Part shown: positions 49,446 through 58,331 of the stretch, one piece after another | Layout: each line of letters starts with the position of its first letter | Position numbering within the stretch: position 1 is the stretch's first letter | DNA from: a virus | Lineage: Duplodnaviria > Caudoviricetes | Length of the DNA stretch: 64,000 bases | Virus record (IMG/VR): IMGVR_UViG_3300050034_000334 | Reading direction: 5' to 3' (one strand) | Translations under genes and position numbers: made by a program | The notes under the pieces: generated by a model | The model's database searches: none | Told to the model about the DNA's origin: nothing | Seen by the model: only the letters and a program-made list of their open reading frames with translations

Positions 49446-50626
49446 TCCTTTTTTATGGGGACAGAAAGGTTCTAGAAGGCCGGGTGTGGTACCTTCTCGA
49501 GCTGTCTAGTGATAAGACTGTTCAGTCTATCATGAAACGGGTCGGAAAGGCCATACCGAGCATATTTCGGGACCAATCTATAGAAATTTTCCTCCCAGTA
49601 TTTGAGCGCGATCTCGATGAGTTCGACATGCGAACTGGCAACTATATCTTTGCCAGATCCACTGGACTTACACAGTTACTTAGACTCAAGACCATAACTG
49701 GAATAGTGGGAATTGTAACTGAGGGCGAGTGTAATCGACCTTCAAAAGCCATCTTGGTTGAAGACGACTATGTTCAGCAAGTCATGTGCGATGCCAAGAA
49801 GGCATTCGATGACAGGATCTTGGGGATCAAGGTCGGCAGTTTCGTGAGGATTCTCGATGGGGAGACCCGCGACTATTGTGGCAAGGTGACTGTGATTCAC
49901 GACGGCAAGGCGGCGGTCCAGGTCGAGCTCAAGACGAAGCTGGTTATCATAGAAACACCCCTTCGAAATCTCATCAATCTTCCTCATGTCCCTCCGGAAC
50001 AGCAGGTCTTCTACTATGGACCTCTGGTGAAGGAGATGATGGACGAGCAGCAGGACAACGGTCGACTTCTGGTCGAGGAAGATCTTGAGTACGAAGATGA
50101 GATCCCGGTCGAGGTGGACATTCCTCTCATCACAGATGACATCAATCACCATTCCAGACAGAAGACCATCACGGCGCTCGCCAAGCGTTTGGTCTTTGAA
50201 GGAATCACTGAGCCGGTGCCCTTGGCTGCCAGAGTGATCACTGCCATCAAGGCTCACGAGGTCAAGGCCCCGAAGAATCTCTTCATCGTTTACTGCGTGC
50301 TGAAATCCTCTCTGATGGACAATCACTTCACCAAGATCGATCCCACGATCAAGAACTATCGCGATGTCATACACAAGTTTGGCAAGTCATACAAGTTTTC
50401 TGCCAACGACATCGCGGAGATCGATCCAGAGCTTGGCATTCCGATCACAACCATTGGTGTTTGCAATGACGGACGATCTCGTGAGGCTCGTCTCAAGAAG
50501 CTGATGATGGCTTCAAGTAGTGAACCTGAGACAGTCCTTTGCATAGTGGAACCAGAGAAAACGATCATTCGTAGTATCGAGAATGAGCCTCACGAAATGC
50601 GGTTGCTGACTGCCGGAGTGAATTGA
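49442..50626 (+). CDS. NusG-family transcription factor (NGN + KOW) with a long C-terminal extension
   Basis: TTG 49442 after GGAGG; WYLLEL...IEIFLP...GNYIFAR...ITGIVGIV (NGN); GIKVGSFVRILDGETRDYCGKV...VQVELKTKLVIIET (KOW). Confidence 0.75.
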   Translation: MILFYGDRKVLEGRVWYLLELSSDKTVQSIMKRVGKAIPSIFRDQSIEIFLPVFERDLDEFDMRTGNYIFARSTGLTQLLRLKTITGIVGIVTEGECNRPSKAILVEDDYVQQVMCDAKKAFDDRILGIKVGSFVRILDGETRDYCGKVTVIHDGKAAVQVELKTKLVIIETPLRNLINLPHVPPEQQVFYYGPLVKEMMDEQQDNGRLLVEEDLEYEDEIPVEVDIPLITDDINHHSRQKTITALAKRLVFEGITEPVPLAARVITAIKAHEVKAPKNLFIVYCVLKSSLMDNHFTKIDPTIKNYRDVIHKFGKSYKFSANDIAEIDPELGIPITTIGVCNDGRSREARLKKLMMASSSEPETVLCIVEPEKTIIRSIENEPHEMRLLTAGVN

Positions 50627-51231
50627 TGGAAGTCAAGAGAGAAATTGTCCACAGGCTCACGTTTGTCAATGACTGCGGTTGCCAGTCCATACGAGAGTAC
50701 AAGGATCAGATGTGCAAGGAGCCTATGGGTGGCAGCAAGTTCACAGCTTGTGATGTCCACAAGGCCAAATCTCAGGACGTCCAGGAAATCCTGGAAATGA
50801 TGACCAATCAGGCTCTGGATAGAGAGGCTAGTAGCACCCCGGCTCCTCCTGTTCAGCATGTCTCCGGACCGGATGCTCGGTTTCCGTTATTGGGGAATGT
50901 CGTGGTCACAGAAGGCTCGAGCACTGTGGTCGCTACGGGCGGCGGAAAAGCAACGACCATGCATATGCCAAACATGCCCAAGAGGAATCCTGAAGACATT
51001 CTCAATCCTCGGACAGTTAGCCGCACAGTTGTAACCACATCCAGAAAATCCTCCAAGACAGCGGCTCCGGCTGCTCTCGATATGCATGATGAGGACGCTG
51101 CACTCTTTGCCGGCGCAGGATCGGATGCTCAGATGGATGAGGTAGAAGAGCACGAAGGTCTTACGGCTCTTCTGGACAATGGTGGCTTGGGTTCACTTGA
51201 AGATGATCCCGATCGCTCTACTTCTTCTTAG
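50626..51231 (+). CDS. hypothetical protein (N-terminal Cys/His cluster, disordered C-terminus)
   Basis: Coupled to the NusG-like gene; CGC...C...CDVH. Confidence 0.55.
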   Translation: MEVKREIVHRLTFVNDCGCQSIREYKDQMCKEPMGGSKFTACDVHKAKSQDVQEILEMMTNQALDREASSTPAPPVQHVSGPDARFPLLGNVVVTEGSSTVVATGGGKATTMHMPNMPKRNPEDILNPRTVSRTVVTTSRKSSKTAAPAALDMHDEDAALFAGAGSDAQMDEVEEHEGLTALLDNGGLGSLEDDPDRSTSS

Positions 51232-51535
51232 CAGCTTCTCGTCTTAGAGAATTCCAAATCCAGGTTCTCCAAGCGGATTCGGTATCTAGAATCTGACTTT
51301 TCGAAGTCGGTTGAGGAGCATCGTCACACCAGGCGAACTCCATTCCCTTTGTTGTGTGAGACACCATCACGAGGGTTCCCCTGGGAGGATCTTTCACAGG
51401 TAGACCACCATGCTTTAGATCTTGAAAGAGGAGGCGAGCTACATCCATCCAAGTGGGATCTTCTCCTAACCTGTTATGCCTGATTTTAATGGGAATGATG
51501 GAGATTTCGTCTTGAATTGGAGAACAAGTAGCCAT
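51218..51535 (-). CDS. hypothetical protein
   Basis: ATG with GAGGG SD; first of a minus-strand block. Confidence 0.5.
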   Translation of the reverse strand: MATCSPIQDEISIIPIKIRHNRLGEDPTWMDVARLLFQDLKHGGLPVKDPPRGTLVMVSHTTKGMEFAWCDDAPQPTSKSQILDTESAWRTWIWNSLRREAAKKK

Positions 51536-51579
51536 ATTTATCCCTCAGAACTGGATACTCAGATTCAGCTTCCTTTCTA

Positions 51580-52534
51580 CTATCGTCTCGCGATGAAAAT
51601 CTTGTGACCCGCAGGTTTCAGCGGCTTGTTTTCCGGCCCCTTGATGTATGCTTCGATGAAGATCTTCTTGAAAGATCCATCCTTGTACGGCTGATTCCGC
51701 CAGTGTCCACTGACTTCCCATTGCCATTGCCAGTCTACCGGGTGCAGTTCGTCACTCTTGGGACGATCCTCTTCCAATCGGCGAAGGCTGATCACTCTGA
51801 CATCAGGAGAGATCTTCTCGTTGGCACGCTCGTGACGGCGGCGGGTGGGACGGTCGACGGGAACGGAAGTGTGATGAGAGAGTCGCTGGGCCATGAGATA
51901 CTGAGCAGCATACACCCAGCGCATCTCATGCTTCATGTCAGATTCGCGACCCTTCAAGTATGCTCCCATTCCAAAGGATTTGGACTCGAAGTCGTGGATC
52001 CTGTCGATCAGTTTGTCGCCTTGGGAGAGAGTGAAGTGTGACCAGCAGCCGAACCCGGTCTTTCCGGGCATATAGCTCTCGAAATCTTGGTAGCAGAGGA
52101 AGTACATCTTGGTCTCAGAGACTTTGAACCATCCCAAGGCAGAGACCCTGAGACCAGTCCCTCCAATTTCGCTCTTATAACGGGATCCTCCAGTCCAGGA
52201 TTTTGCAACTCCGGATTGGGAACTTCGAAGGGAACTTCAATCCACATCCATCCTTGGGGAGAATGGACCCAGGACATCTCGAACTCGATGTCGTCTGGGA
52301 TGGTGGATCGTGCGTTCTCTACCAGAGAGCAGAAGTTCTTGTTCATGAAGAAGGTGTCGCCGGTTTCCAATGCGTGTTGGTATGCGGGAAGAGCCTCTAG
52401 ATATGAGGATGCAGCTTTTGGCCATCCCGATTGGCAATCCTGGTGATGTGATTCCAGGCCGGTCCTCCCTCTATTCTGGCCCATTTGAGCCAACGGAAGC
52501 GGACTTCGATCGCATTGATGTACTCGCTCTTCAT
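51580..52534 (-). pseudogene. phage hypothetical gene (C-terminal GHWRNQPY family) split by two -1 frameshifts
   Basis: ATG 52534 is coupled to the upstream stop, but that frame stops at 52399-52397. Coding continues in the frame of track ORF 52008..52493, then in that of 51580..52137. Adding one base to each of the A4 (52416-52419) and G3 (52159-52161) runs gives one 318-aa ORF. Confidence 0.65.
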
Positions 52535-52722
52535 CTTACTCTCACAATTTCTCCAGTTGGTCTCTTCTCAAGGAACTTGACACAGACGTCCCAAAATAGA
52601 GCATCGGGGTGATTCAGGTAGGCACCTGCCAGCAAGCCAAACAACAGAGCCAAAGTGGTCTGCTCGTTGGTTATCACCGCAGCGGCGATGTAGCGGCAGT
52701 CGCTAGAATCTCGCACTACCAA
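52531..52722 (-). CDS. small hypothetical protein
   Basis: Coupled at both ends; start uncertain. Confidence 0.4.
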   Translation of the reverse strand: MVVRDSSDCRYIAAAVITNEQTTLALLFGLLAGAYLNHPDALFWDVCVKFLEKRPTGEIVRVR

Positions 52723-52877
52723 TTTCCTCCGGCAGTATCAGCTTCTCCAAACGTGCAGGGACCGCACATTCCGGTGGCAGGAACAACTGGAGTCTCGCCA
52801 CAGACTTCGCACTTTCTGGTCCAGTCTGGCGTTGTGTCAGTTTCGCGCGGCTTCTTCGTGGGTTTCTTCTTGCTCAT
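52716..52877 (-). CDS. small zinc-finger protein (53 aa, not in track)
   Basis: MSKKKPTKKPRETDTTPDWTRKCEVCGETPVVPATGMCGPCTFGEADTAGGNW*; ATG overlaps the upstream gene's 3' end. Confidence 0.65.
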   Translation of the reverse strand: MSKKKPTKKPRETDTTPDWTRKCEVCGETPVVPATGMCGPCTFGEADTAGGNW

Positions 52878-53170
52878 TTGTTATCCAAAATTCCGGAATC
52901 GTCGATCAGGGTTTCCATCTGGTCAACTTCCTGCTTCATCTTGCGAAAGCTGGGAGAGAAGATGCAATGGATCCAATCTGGCGAATTCTGAACCAGCCAG
53001 GTCCAGGTCTTGATGTGAAGTGGTGCAGGCTTGATGCCTCGAGTGAGCAGCAACGCTGCATCACCGACTACATTGAGGGGTGCTTTGAGCTCGTACAATC
53101 TCTGAAGCCGGTCAAGTCTTGATCGAAAGACGTGGTCTGGCACCCTGAGTTCGTTCATAAACCTTTGCAT
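52874..53170 (-). CDS. hypothetical protein
   Basis: ATG 53170 after GAGAGG preferred over 53206. Confidence 0.5.
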   Translation of the reverse strand: MQRFMNELRVPDHVFRSRLDRLQRLYELKAPLNVVGDAALLLTRGIKPAPLHIKTWTWLVQNSPDWIHCIFSPSFRKMKQEVDQMETLIDDSGILDNK

Positions 53171-53299
53171 AAATAGACCTCTCCATGTCTCCCCTCCATT
53201 CCTCATCTACGCGAGGTCTGATCAAAATCGGGTAATCAGATGCTATCCCAAAACCGCCAGAAGATGATAGCCATTCGTTGGCGAAGTCTGTGAATTTTG

Positions 53300-53698
53300 C
53301 TAAACCTCATTTGATCCTTCTTTCTTCAACCATGAGAAGCCTTGGGTTTCTTCGTTCCAGTGACAACTGGAATCCGTTTCAGCTAACTCTCTGAGGTGAT
53401 TGGCCAAGTGAGGATTGTTCACGCTCTCCACATAGACCCCTTGATATGTCTTGCCACAGCTCTTCTTGAAGAGTTCGAAAGTCTGTTTGAAGAGGCCGCG
53501 CCCACGCATTTCCTTGATCACTGTGATATTGGCAAGGTCGATGAAGAGGTACAGGTGGCGATTCACCATGTGATGACCCTTGCGAACATAGACAGAAAGC
53601 TGTCCAGTCGTCAGCCACTCATTCTTCGCATGAGGAGAGGCAAGGAACTTCTCCAACAGAGTTCGGAGCGAACGATCCAGCTTGATGGGCTCAACCAT
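53300..53698 (-). CDS. GNAT-like acetyltransferase
   Basis: IDLANITVIKEMRGRGLF (motif A, R/Q-x-x-G-x-G), VYVESVNNPHL. Confidence 0.7.
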   Translation of the reverse strand: MVEPIKLDRSLRTLLEKFLASPHAKNEWLTTGQLSVYVRKGHHMVNRHLYLFIDLANITVIKEMRGRGLFKQTFELFKKSCGKTYQGVYVESVNNPHLANHLRELAETDSSCHWNEETQGFSWLKKEGSNEV

Positions 53699-53772
53699 AC
53701 GATCACTCTACGCATCAGATGATGTAAACCGTTAGTGTGAAATGACTATCACAACCCAGATAGAAGGAATTT

Positions 53773-54495
53773 ATGCTCACAAAACTCCTGAACAAGTCAT
53801 CTGCAGTGAGGCCCCGGTCAGTGCTTCGTAGCACAGATCGGAATTACATGCGCCTCTTGAACGACGGTGCTCACTTCACGCGTGAGACCAGGAAGTCCAA
53901 TGGGAGCCAGCAACTTCGCTGTGTACTTTCTGATGGAGATACTAGAGTTCTCACTTCAGCAGTCTTTTATGACATGCTGGAGCGCGGCCTGATCGAGATT
54001 GGCAACACTGAAATGGGAGATAATCAAGCCACAGACTTCTTCACCATCAGTGGAAAAGGCAAGAAGATCCTTGAGGGTGAGGATCCATACGCTCCTGTGC
54101 TTCCTGAAGATGAGCCTGAGCAGACGTCAGAGATGCCTGATGAGATAGTGCCTCCGGCCCCGGAATCTCCTCTGATTCCAGCAACTGCAGGTCTGAAAGT
54201 CAATCTCTGGAAGAAAATTGCCGAGAACAGACCCAAGCTCAAAGATCTGAAAGTCATCTCTCAGGATGGTCGCTACATCGATCCTTCGGTTCCTAACAGC
54301 AACCTTGAGGTCTACACAGCATTCGTGAAGTGGAGCGATGATGGAGATGACAAGATGGCTGATGAAGAGATTGACGTCCTGGCAAAGAGCGAACTTCACG
54401 CTGAAGAGATCGCTGCTGCAGCCATGAGACAGGATTACGAGCCTGGTGGCAGGATCATCGGTATCAGACAGAGGATTCGCGGAACTTATTATTGA
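53773..54495 (+). CDS. hypothetical protein (winged-helix-like N-terminal part)
   Basis: AAGGA SD; FYDMLERGLIE...FTISGKGKKIL resembles a wHTH wing; acidic linker. Confidence 0.55.
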   Translation: MLTKLLNKSSAVRPRSVLRSTDRNYMRLLNDGAHFTRETRKSNGSQQLRCVLSDGDTRVLTSAVFYDMLERGLIEIGNTEMGDNQATDFFTISGKGKKILEGEDPYAPVLPEDEPEQTSEMPDEIVPPAPESPLIPATAGLKVNLWKKIAENRPKLKDLKVISQDGRYIDPSVPNSNLEVYTAFVKWSDDGDDKMADEEIDVLAKSELHAEEIAAAAMRQDYEPGGRIIGIRQRIRGTYY

Positions 54496-54551
54496 CATCA
54501 GTGATCTAGTAAAGCGATTTAACGATTGATGAACATCGGAAGGAGGCTGTT

Positions 54552-54926
54552 ATGGCCCCTATCATCACTCTAAAGAACTGGTTCCGGAAGGATTTGCGTT
54601 ATGCAAACTGGGACCGCGACGTGGAGATTCTAAAGGACACTGAAACTGAGTGCTCCATTAGAGTTTACACGGATACACACAGCTATCGCATCGGAGCCAT
54701 GGTTCGTGAAGACGGAACTGGCTATCTCGGATGTGAGGCTTCTACTCGGAAGCCCAGGGCTGGAGAAGACCACACTCGTGGCAACGATCTTCCCGATGGT
54801 CTGTTCACTCGTGCCAATTGGCAAAGTATTCTTGGTTCGATTGTGGGATATGAGCTCGTGAAGATTCATCGTGAAGTACCCAAATCACCCGGTCTAGTGT
54901 CCGAGGAATCTGTCCAGAAAGTCTGA
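54552..54926 (+). CDS. hypothetical protein
   Basis: Strong AGGAGG SD; 124 aa. Confidence 0.65.
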   Translation: MAPIITLKNWFRKDLRYANWDRDVEILKDTETECSIRVYTDTHSYRIGAMVREDGTGYLGCEASTRKPRAGEDHTRGNDLPDGLFTRANWQSILGSIVGYELVKIHREVPKSPGLVSEESVQKV

Positions 54927-55115
54927 CGCATCATAGAGTCCCAGCCGATTGGCGGCGACCTTGAGGATCACAAGCTGCTCCTTGGTGGAGTATTGCGCTT
55001 GCGGCTGCTTGGGGATCGACTCGGCAGCAACCATGCGAGGATCGCGATTCGGTAAAGGGAAAGAACAAAGGCTTGCAGGATAAGGCGTGGAAGTATCGTT
55101 ACTCTTATCACTCAT
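54894..55115 (-). CDS. small hypothetical protein
   Basis: ATG 55115; QYSTKEQL..L...ANRLGLYDASD. Confidence 0.45.
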   Translation of the reverse strand: MSDKSNDTSTPYPASLCSFPLPNRDPRMVAAESIPKQPQAQYSTKEQLVILKVAANRLGLYDASDFLDRFLGH

Positions 55116-55147
55116 GCTTTTCTCTACTGATGTGAGTTGCCAAACAG

Positions 55148-55813
55148 CTAACCACCAGTACAAAAAGGACAGATGGGACTTGTAAGGTTGCGATTAACGT
55201 GCCATCGAAGATGTGCCAACTTCTGTATCTGACCTGTTGCTGACGCTAGTTTTCCAGATTTGGAAGCGGCATATCGCTGATGTTCCGTCGTTCTTAGTGA
55301 GGAGAGTTGTCCATTTTGCACTGCTTTTTGACCGGATTTCTTTCCGTTTTTACGAGCTCTACCACTACGAACGTGATCTTTTCCAGCGGCTATTCCTGCC
55401 TTAACCTGATGCTCGTGAGTTCTTAGCCTTGCCAGGAGTCCAGATTCCACAGCGGCCTTCCCCAGCAATCTAGCATGTTCGATCTGACGTTTTCTTCCAT
55501 GCTCATACATTAGAGAGTAGTTTTCCAGTTCTTGCTCAGTTAGGTGGGAAACCCAAACTTTGCGACTAAAATTACTCATCATAAATAGAACTCTTTGAAA
55601 AGGAACATATTTTGGAGCACAGCTTGATAGAAAGTAATGAGCCTTGAAATGATTGGCCGGTGCCAGGCATATCCTGTTGTTTGGGTCATTTCTGTACTGA
55701 GGAAATTCATTCTTAGGCAGAATGTGATGAAACTCTCCAGTGTCGGCTGTACAGAGGGATTCTAAAAAAGTGAAATACGATGAAAAATCACTCTCTGATA
55801 ACCGATTAGACAA
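55148..55813 (-). mobile_element. free-standing HNH homing endonuclease
   Basis: EFHHILPKNEFP...NNRICLAPANHFKAH; repeated GK.AVESG-type units. Start set to TTG 55813 (the track's 55900 overlaps the divergent SLOG gene). Confidence 0.85.
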
Positions 55814-55831
55814 AGACTTTCGTAGATAATC

Positions 55832-55856
55832 AAGTATTATCACAATAGGTAATACT
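55832..55856. promoter_or_regulatory. inverted pair of AGTATTA motifs between divergent genes
   Basis: AGTATTA (55833-55839) and TAATACT (55850-55856) lie between the HNH (-) and SLOG (+) starts. Confidence 0.35.
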
Positions 55857-55873
55857 GTTGTGAGGAGAATATC

Positions 55874-56323
55874 TTGCAAATTGGGTTCACCGGCACGCAT
55901 CGCGGAATGACAGATTCACAGAAGACAGCAATAAAAAGTCTTCTCACGAAGCTGTATGCGGCGAGCTACGTCATTGATCGCGAGCACAATTTCCGCCACG
56001 GTCAATGCGTTGGTGCCGATGTTCAGTCAGCCGCTATGGCGAAGGAAATCGGATTCCGTGTAATTGCATTTCCCGGATATCCTCCCGATAACCCGACCAA
56101 CATGTCCAATCGGGGAGGGTTCGATGGCAACGATGAGGTCATGCCAGAAGGTGCTTTCCTAGAACGCGATCATCTCATCGTAGACGCTTCCACCACCATG
56201 ATTGCCACCCCGGCTCAACAGCATGAAGTCCTGAGATCTGGAACTTGGGCCACTGTTCGCTATGCTCGTAAGAAGGGCAAAATTGTGATCATCGTTGCTC
56301 CGGATGGAGAGATGTCTGTATGA
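55874..56323 (+). CDS. SLOG (DprA/YspA-like) nucleotide-binding protein
   Basis: IGFTGTHRGMT..Q, HGQCVGAD, FLERD..IVD, RSGTWATVRYARKKGK; TTG after GAGGAG. Confidence 0.8.
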   Translation: MQIGFTGTHRGMTDSQKTAIKSLLTKLYAASYVIDREHNFRHGQCVGADVQSAAMAKEIGFRVIAFPGYPPDNPTNMSNRGGFDGNDEVMPEGAFLERDHLIVDASTTMIATPAQQHEVLRSGTWATVRYARKKGKIVIIVAPDGEMSV

Positions 56324-56505
56324 GGCGTCGTGCAGTGCACAACAAACCCTTTCTCTACTTTCGCAGTGGATACTGGTATGTTCAGATCGGAAAGAGAAAC
56401 TGGACAGCGTGGAGATTTGACTGGGCTCTCCATCTGGTGAAGGAGTACTGGCGTCGTAAGAACCTGGAACAGTTGATGAGAGAACGAGGTCATGTTGACG
56501 TATGA
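56320..56505 (+). CDS. small basic/aromatic hypothetical protein
   Basis: ATGA-coupled on both sides. Confidence 0.5.
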   Translation: MRRRAVHNKPFLYFRSGYWYVQIGKRNWTAWRFDWALHLVKEYWRRKNLEQLMRERGHVDV

Positions 56506-56678
56506 AGTACCCAGTCTGCGCGGCCTGCAAGGGAAAGGGAGAAGTTCCTTGGAGCAGTCGATATGCCGCTGACGCCAACGGGGAATTCTCCATGTCTGGC
56601 GAGATCAGAGAAGAGAAGACCTCTGTGTGTAAAGTGTGCCATGGAACAGGAAATGGGAAACTGAATGAGAATCACTGA
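56502..56678 (+). CDS. small DnaJ-type zinc-finger protein (58 aa, not in track)
   Basis: Two CxxCxGxG motifs (CAACKGKG, CKVCHGTG) in one frame; coupled to neighbours. Confidence 0.65.
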   Translation: MKYPVCAACKGKGEVPWSSRYAADANGEFSMSGEIREEKTSVCKVCHGTGNGKLNENH

Positions 56679-57210
56679 GAAGTACACTTTCTTCTATGGC
56701 ACCAACGACATCTACTCCAACTTCCACCCGGCTCCCTTTGTTACCGATGTGATCGAGCTTGGTCTGATCAAGCAGTCATTCCCCGATTCCGAGCATTACT
56801 TCATGCTCTGCAAGGCTCTCTACTTTCATGATCTTCGGACTGCCAAGCGAATCATCACTGCTGAGACTCCAGCCATCGCCAAGGCCCTGGGTCGTGTGGT
56901 GACCAACTTCAACAAAGAAGTTTGGGATGCTGCTTCCCGGGAGTGGATGGACCTGGCTTGCTATTTCAAGTTCAGTCAGAATCCGGAACTCCTCAAGCAG
57001 CTACTGTCCACCAAAGGGACCATCTTGGTAGAAGCCTCACCCACGGACACTCTTTGGGGAGTGGGCATGAATTACTACGATGATCGGATCCTTGACCCGG
57101 CGAATTGGCGCGGCAAGAACTGGTTGGGAGAGGTCCTTACGGCTCTTCGTGATCGCTATCTATCTGGATTATTGAACACAAAATACCCGATCCCCTCTAG
57201 TTCGACGTAG
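56665..57210 (+). CDS. NADAR family protein (YbiA/DUF1768)
   Basis: YSNFH, SEHYF..CKA, AKALGR, KFSQNPEL, LVEASPTDTLWGVG, GKNWLGEVL. Confidence 0.93.
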   Translation: MRITEKYTFFYGTNDIYSNFHPAPFVTDVIELGLIKQSFPDSEHYFMLCKALYFHDLRTAKRIITAETPAIAKALGRVVTNFNKEVWDAASREWMDLACYFKFSQNPELLKQLLSTKGTILVEASPTDTLWGVGMNYYDDRILDPANWRGKNWLGEVLTALRDRYLSGLLNTKYPIPSSST

Positions 57211-57223
57211 AGGGATCTTAGAT

Positions 57224-57784
57224 ATGAGTTCTAGATTTCAAAACGTGTACATATTCCATGGTCAGGGAGAGACTCCTGAGGGAAATCCCCTGACATTGGA
57301 AGAAATGCTCCGGGCGAGATTCCCAGGTGTGAACTACATTCGACCACTGTTGCGTCATCGAAATCCATCGGTCACCGCCAAGGATTCATTTAGGGCAGCA
57401 TCCCGCAAGACTTTCATGATTGAGCCCAAATCTTTGATCATCGGATTTGGTATGGGTGGCTTGATCGCCGCCGCGCTCCAGGAAAGATTTCCTCTTCACG
57501 AACTATCCGTCTTCGCAATTTCATCTCCCACCAACATGCCAACTCTGACCCTCAACAAGAGGATCGAGGATTGCCGTGTCGCATTATACTCTCACTTGGA
57601 CAAAGCAACAGAGAGTGCGACTGCCGGCTGGCCTGATCTCACAAACCAAGCCTACGACGTGTCTTGGATGATGTCAGCAACACATCAGAAGTACAGCGTT
57701 GCCACTGTCGTCTCAGCTTTCATGATCGATGAGTACATCGCCATAGCAGTGAAGAACGTGTTTGGAGATGACGATGCCGATTGA
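57224..57784 (+). CDS. alpha/beta-hydrolase-fold protein (YqiA-like) lacking the catalytic serine
   Basis: IFHG oxyanion strand; the nucleophile elbow reads GFGMGG instead of GxSxGG. Confidence 0.6.
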   Translation: MSSRFQNVYIFHGQGETPEGNPLTLEEMLRARFPGVNYIRPLLRHRNPSVTAKDSFRAASRKTFMIEPKSLIIGFGMGGLIAAALQERFPLHELSVFAISSPTNMPTLTLNKRIEDCRVALYSHLDKATESATAGWPDLTNQAYDVSWMMSATHQKYSVATVVSAFMIDEYIAIAVKNVFGDDDAD

Positions 57785-58331
57785 ACTTAAGACAGCAATC
57801 ATTGTTGACCCGATTGGCAGTTCACTTGGAGATAGAACTCCAGAGGATGAGATCAAGCAACACATCAAGGATTTCTCCGAACTGCTTTCTCCAGCCAAGT
57901 TGAAGGTCTATTCTCCTTGGTCGTGTTATCCAGAGGATCTGCAGCCGGGAACGGACCTGGTGCTTTTCGACTACGGCGGGATGATGCTCGGGAACTCAAT
58001 GGCAGAAAAGAACTCGTGGCATCTGGTCACCTATGCTGCAGATAATCCCAGTGCTCTCGTAGTCGTTGTCAGTTCGTTCACATGGACCAACGTGATGGCC
58101 TCCGAACTGGAAGCGCGGAAAATGCTCGAGGTGCACAACATCGTGCCACGTTACTGGGAGCCCAAACGTCGCTATGGAGATGTCTTTGGTGGCGAAAAGG
58201 AACCAGATGACTGGGATTGCATCCCACAGTGGTTCCGTGACATGCACAGCCTTCCAAGAATTGACCCTTATGCGGCAACTGTAACAAAGCTAGTCACACC
58301 CAGTAAGATCAGGAGAACGAGGAAGAAATGA
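57774..58331 (+). CDS. receiver (CheY-like) domain protein, tentative
   Basis: TAIIVD, DLVLFDYGGM and ALVVVVSS match receiver beta1/beta3/beta4. Confidence 0.4.
   Translation: MPIELKTAIIVDPIGSSLGDRTPEDEIKQHIKDFSELLSPAKLKVYSPWSCYPEDLQPGTDLVLFDYGGMMLGNSMAEKNSWHLVTYAADNPSALVVVVSSFTWTNVMASELEARKMLEVHNIVPRYWEPKRRYGDVFGGEKEPDDWDCIPQWFRDMHSLPRIDPYAATVTKLVTPSKIRRTRKK

Noticed and set aside
2260-55900. Group I/II introns hosting the endonucleases
   Set aside because: Flanking spacers are short or overlapping (the largest, ~175 nt, is the capsid leader), too small for ribozyme cores, and neighbouring genes have their own starts and stops.
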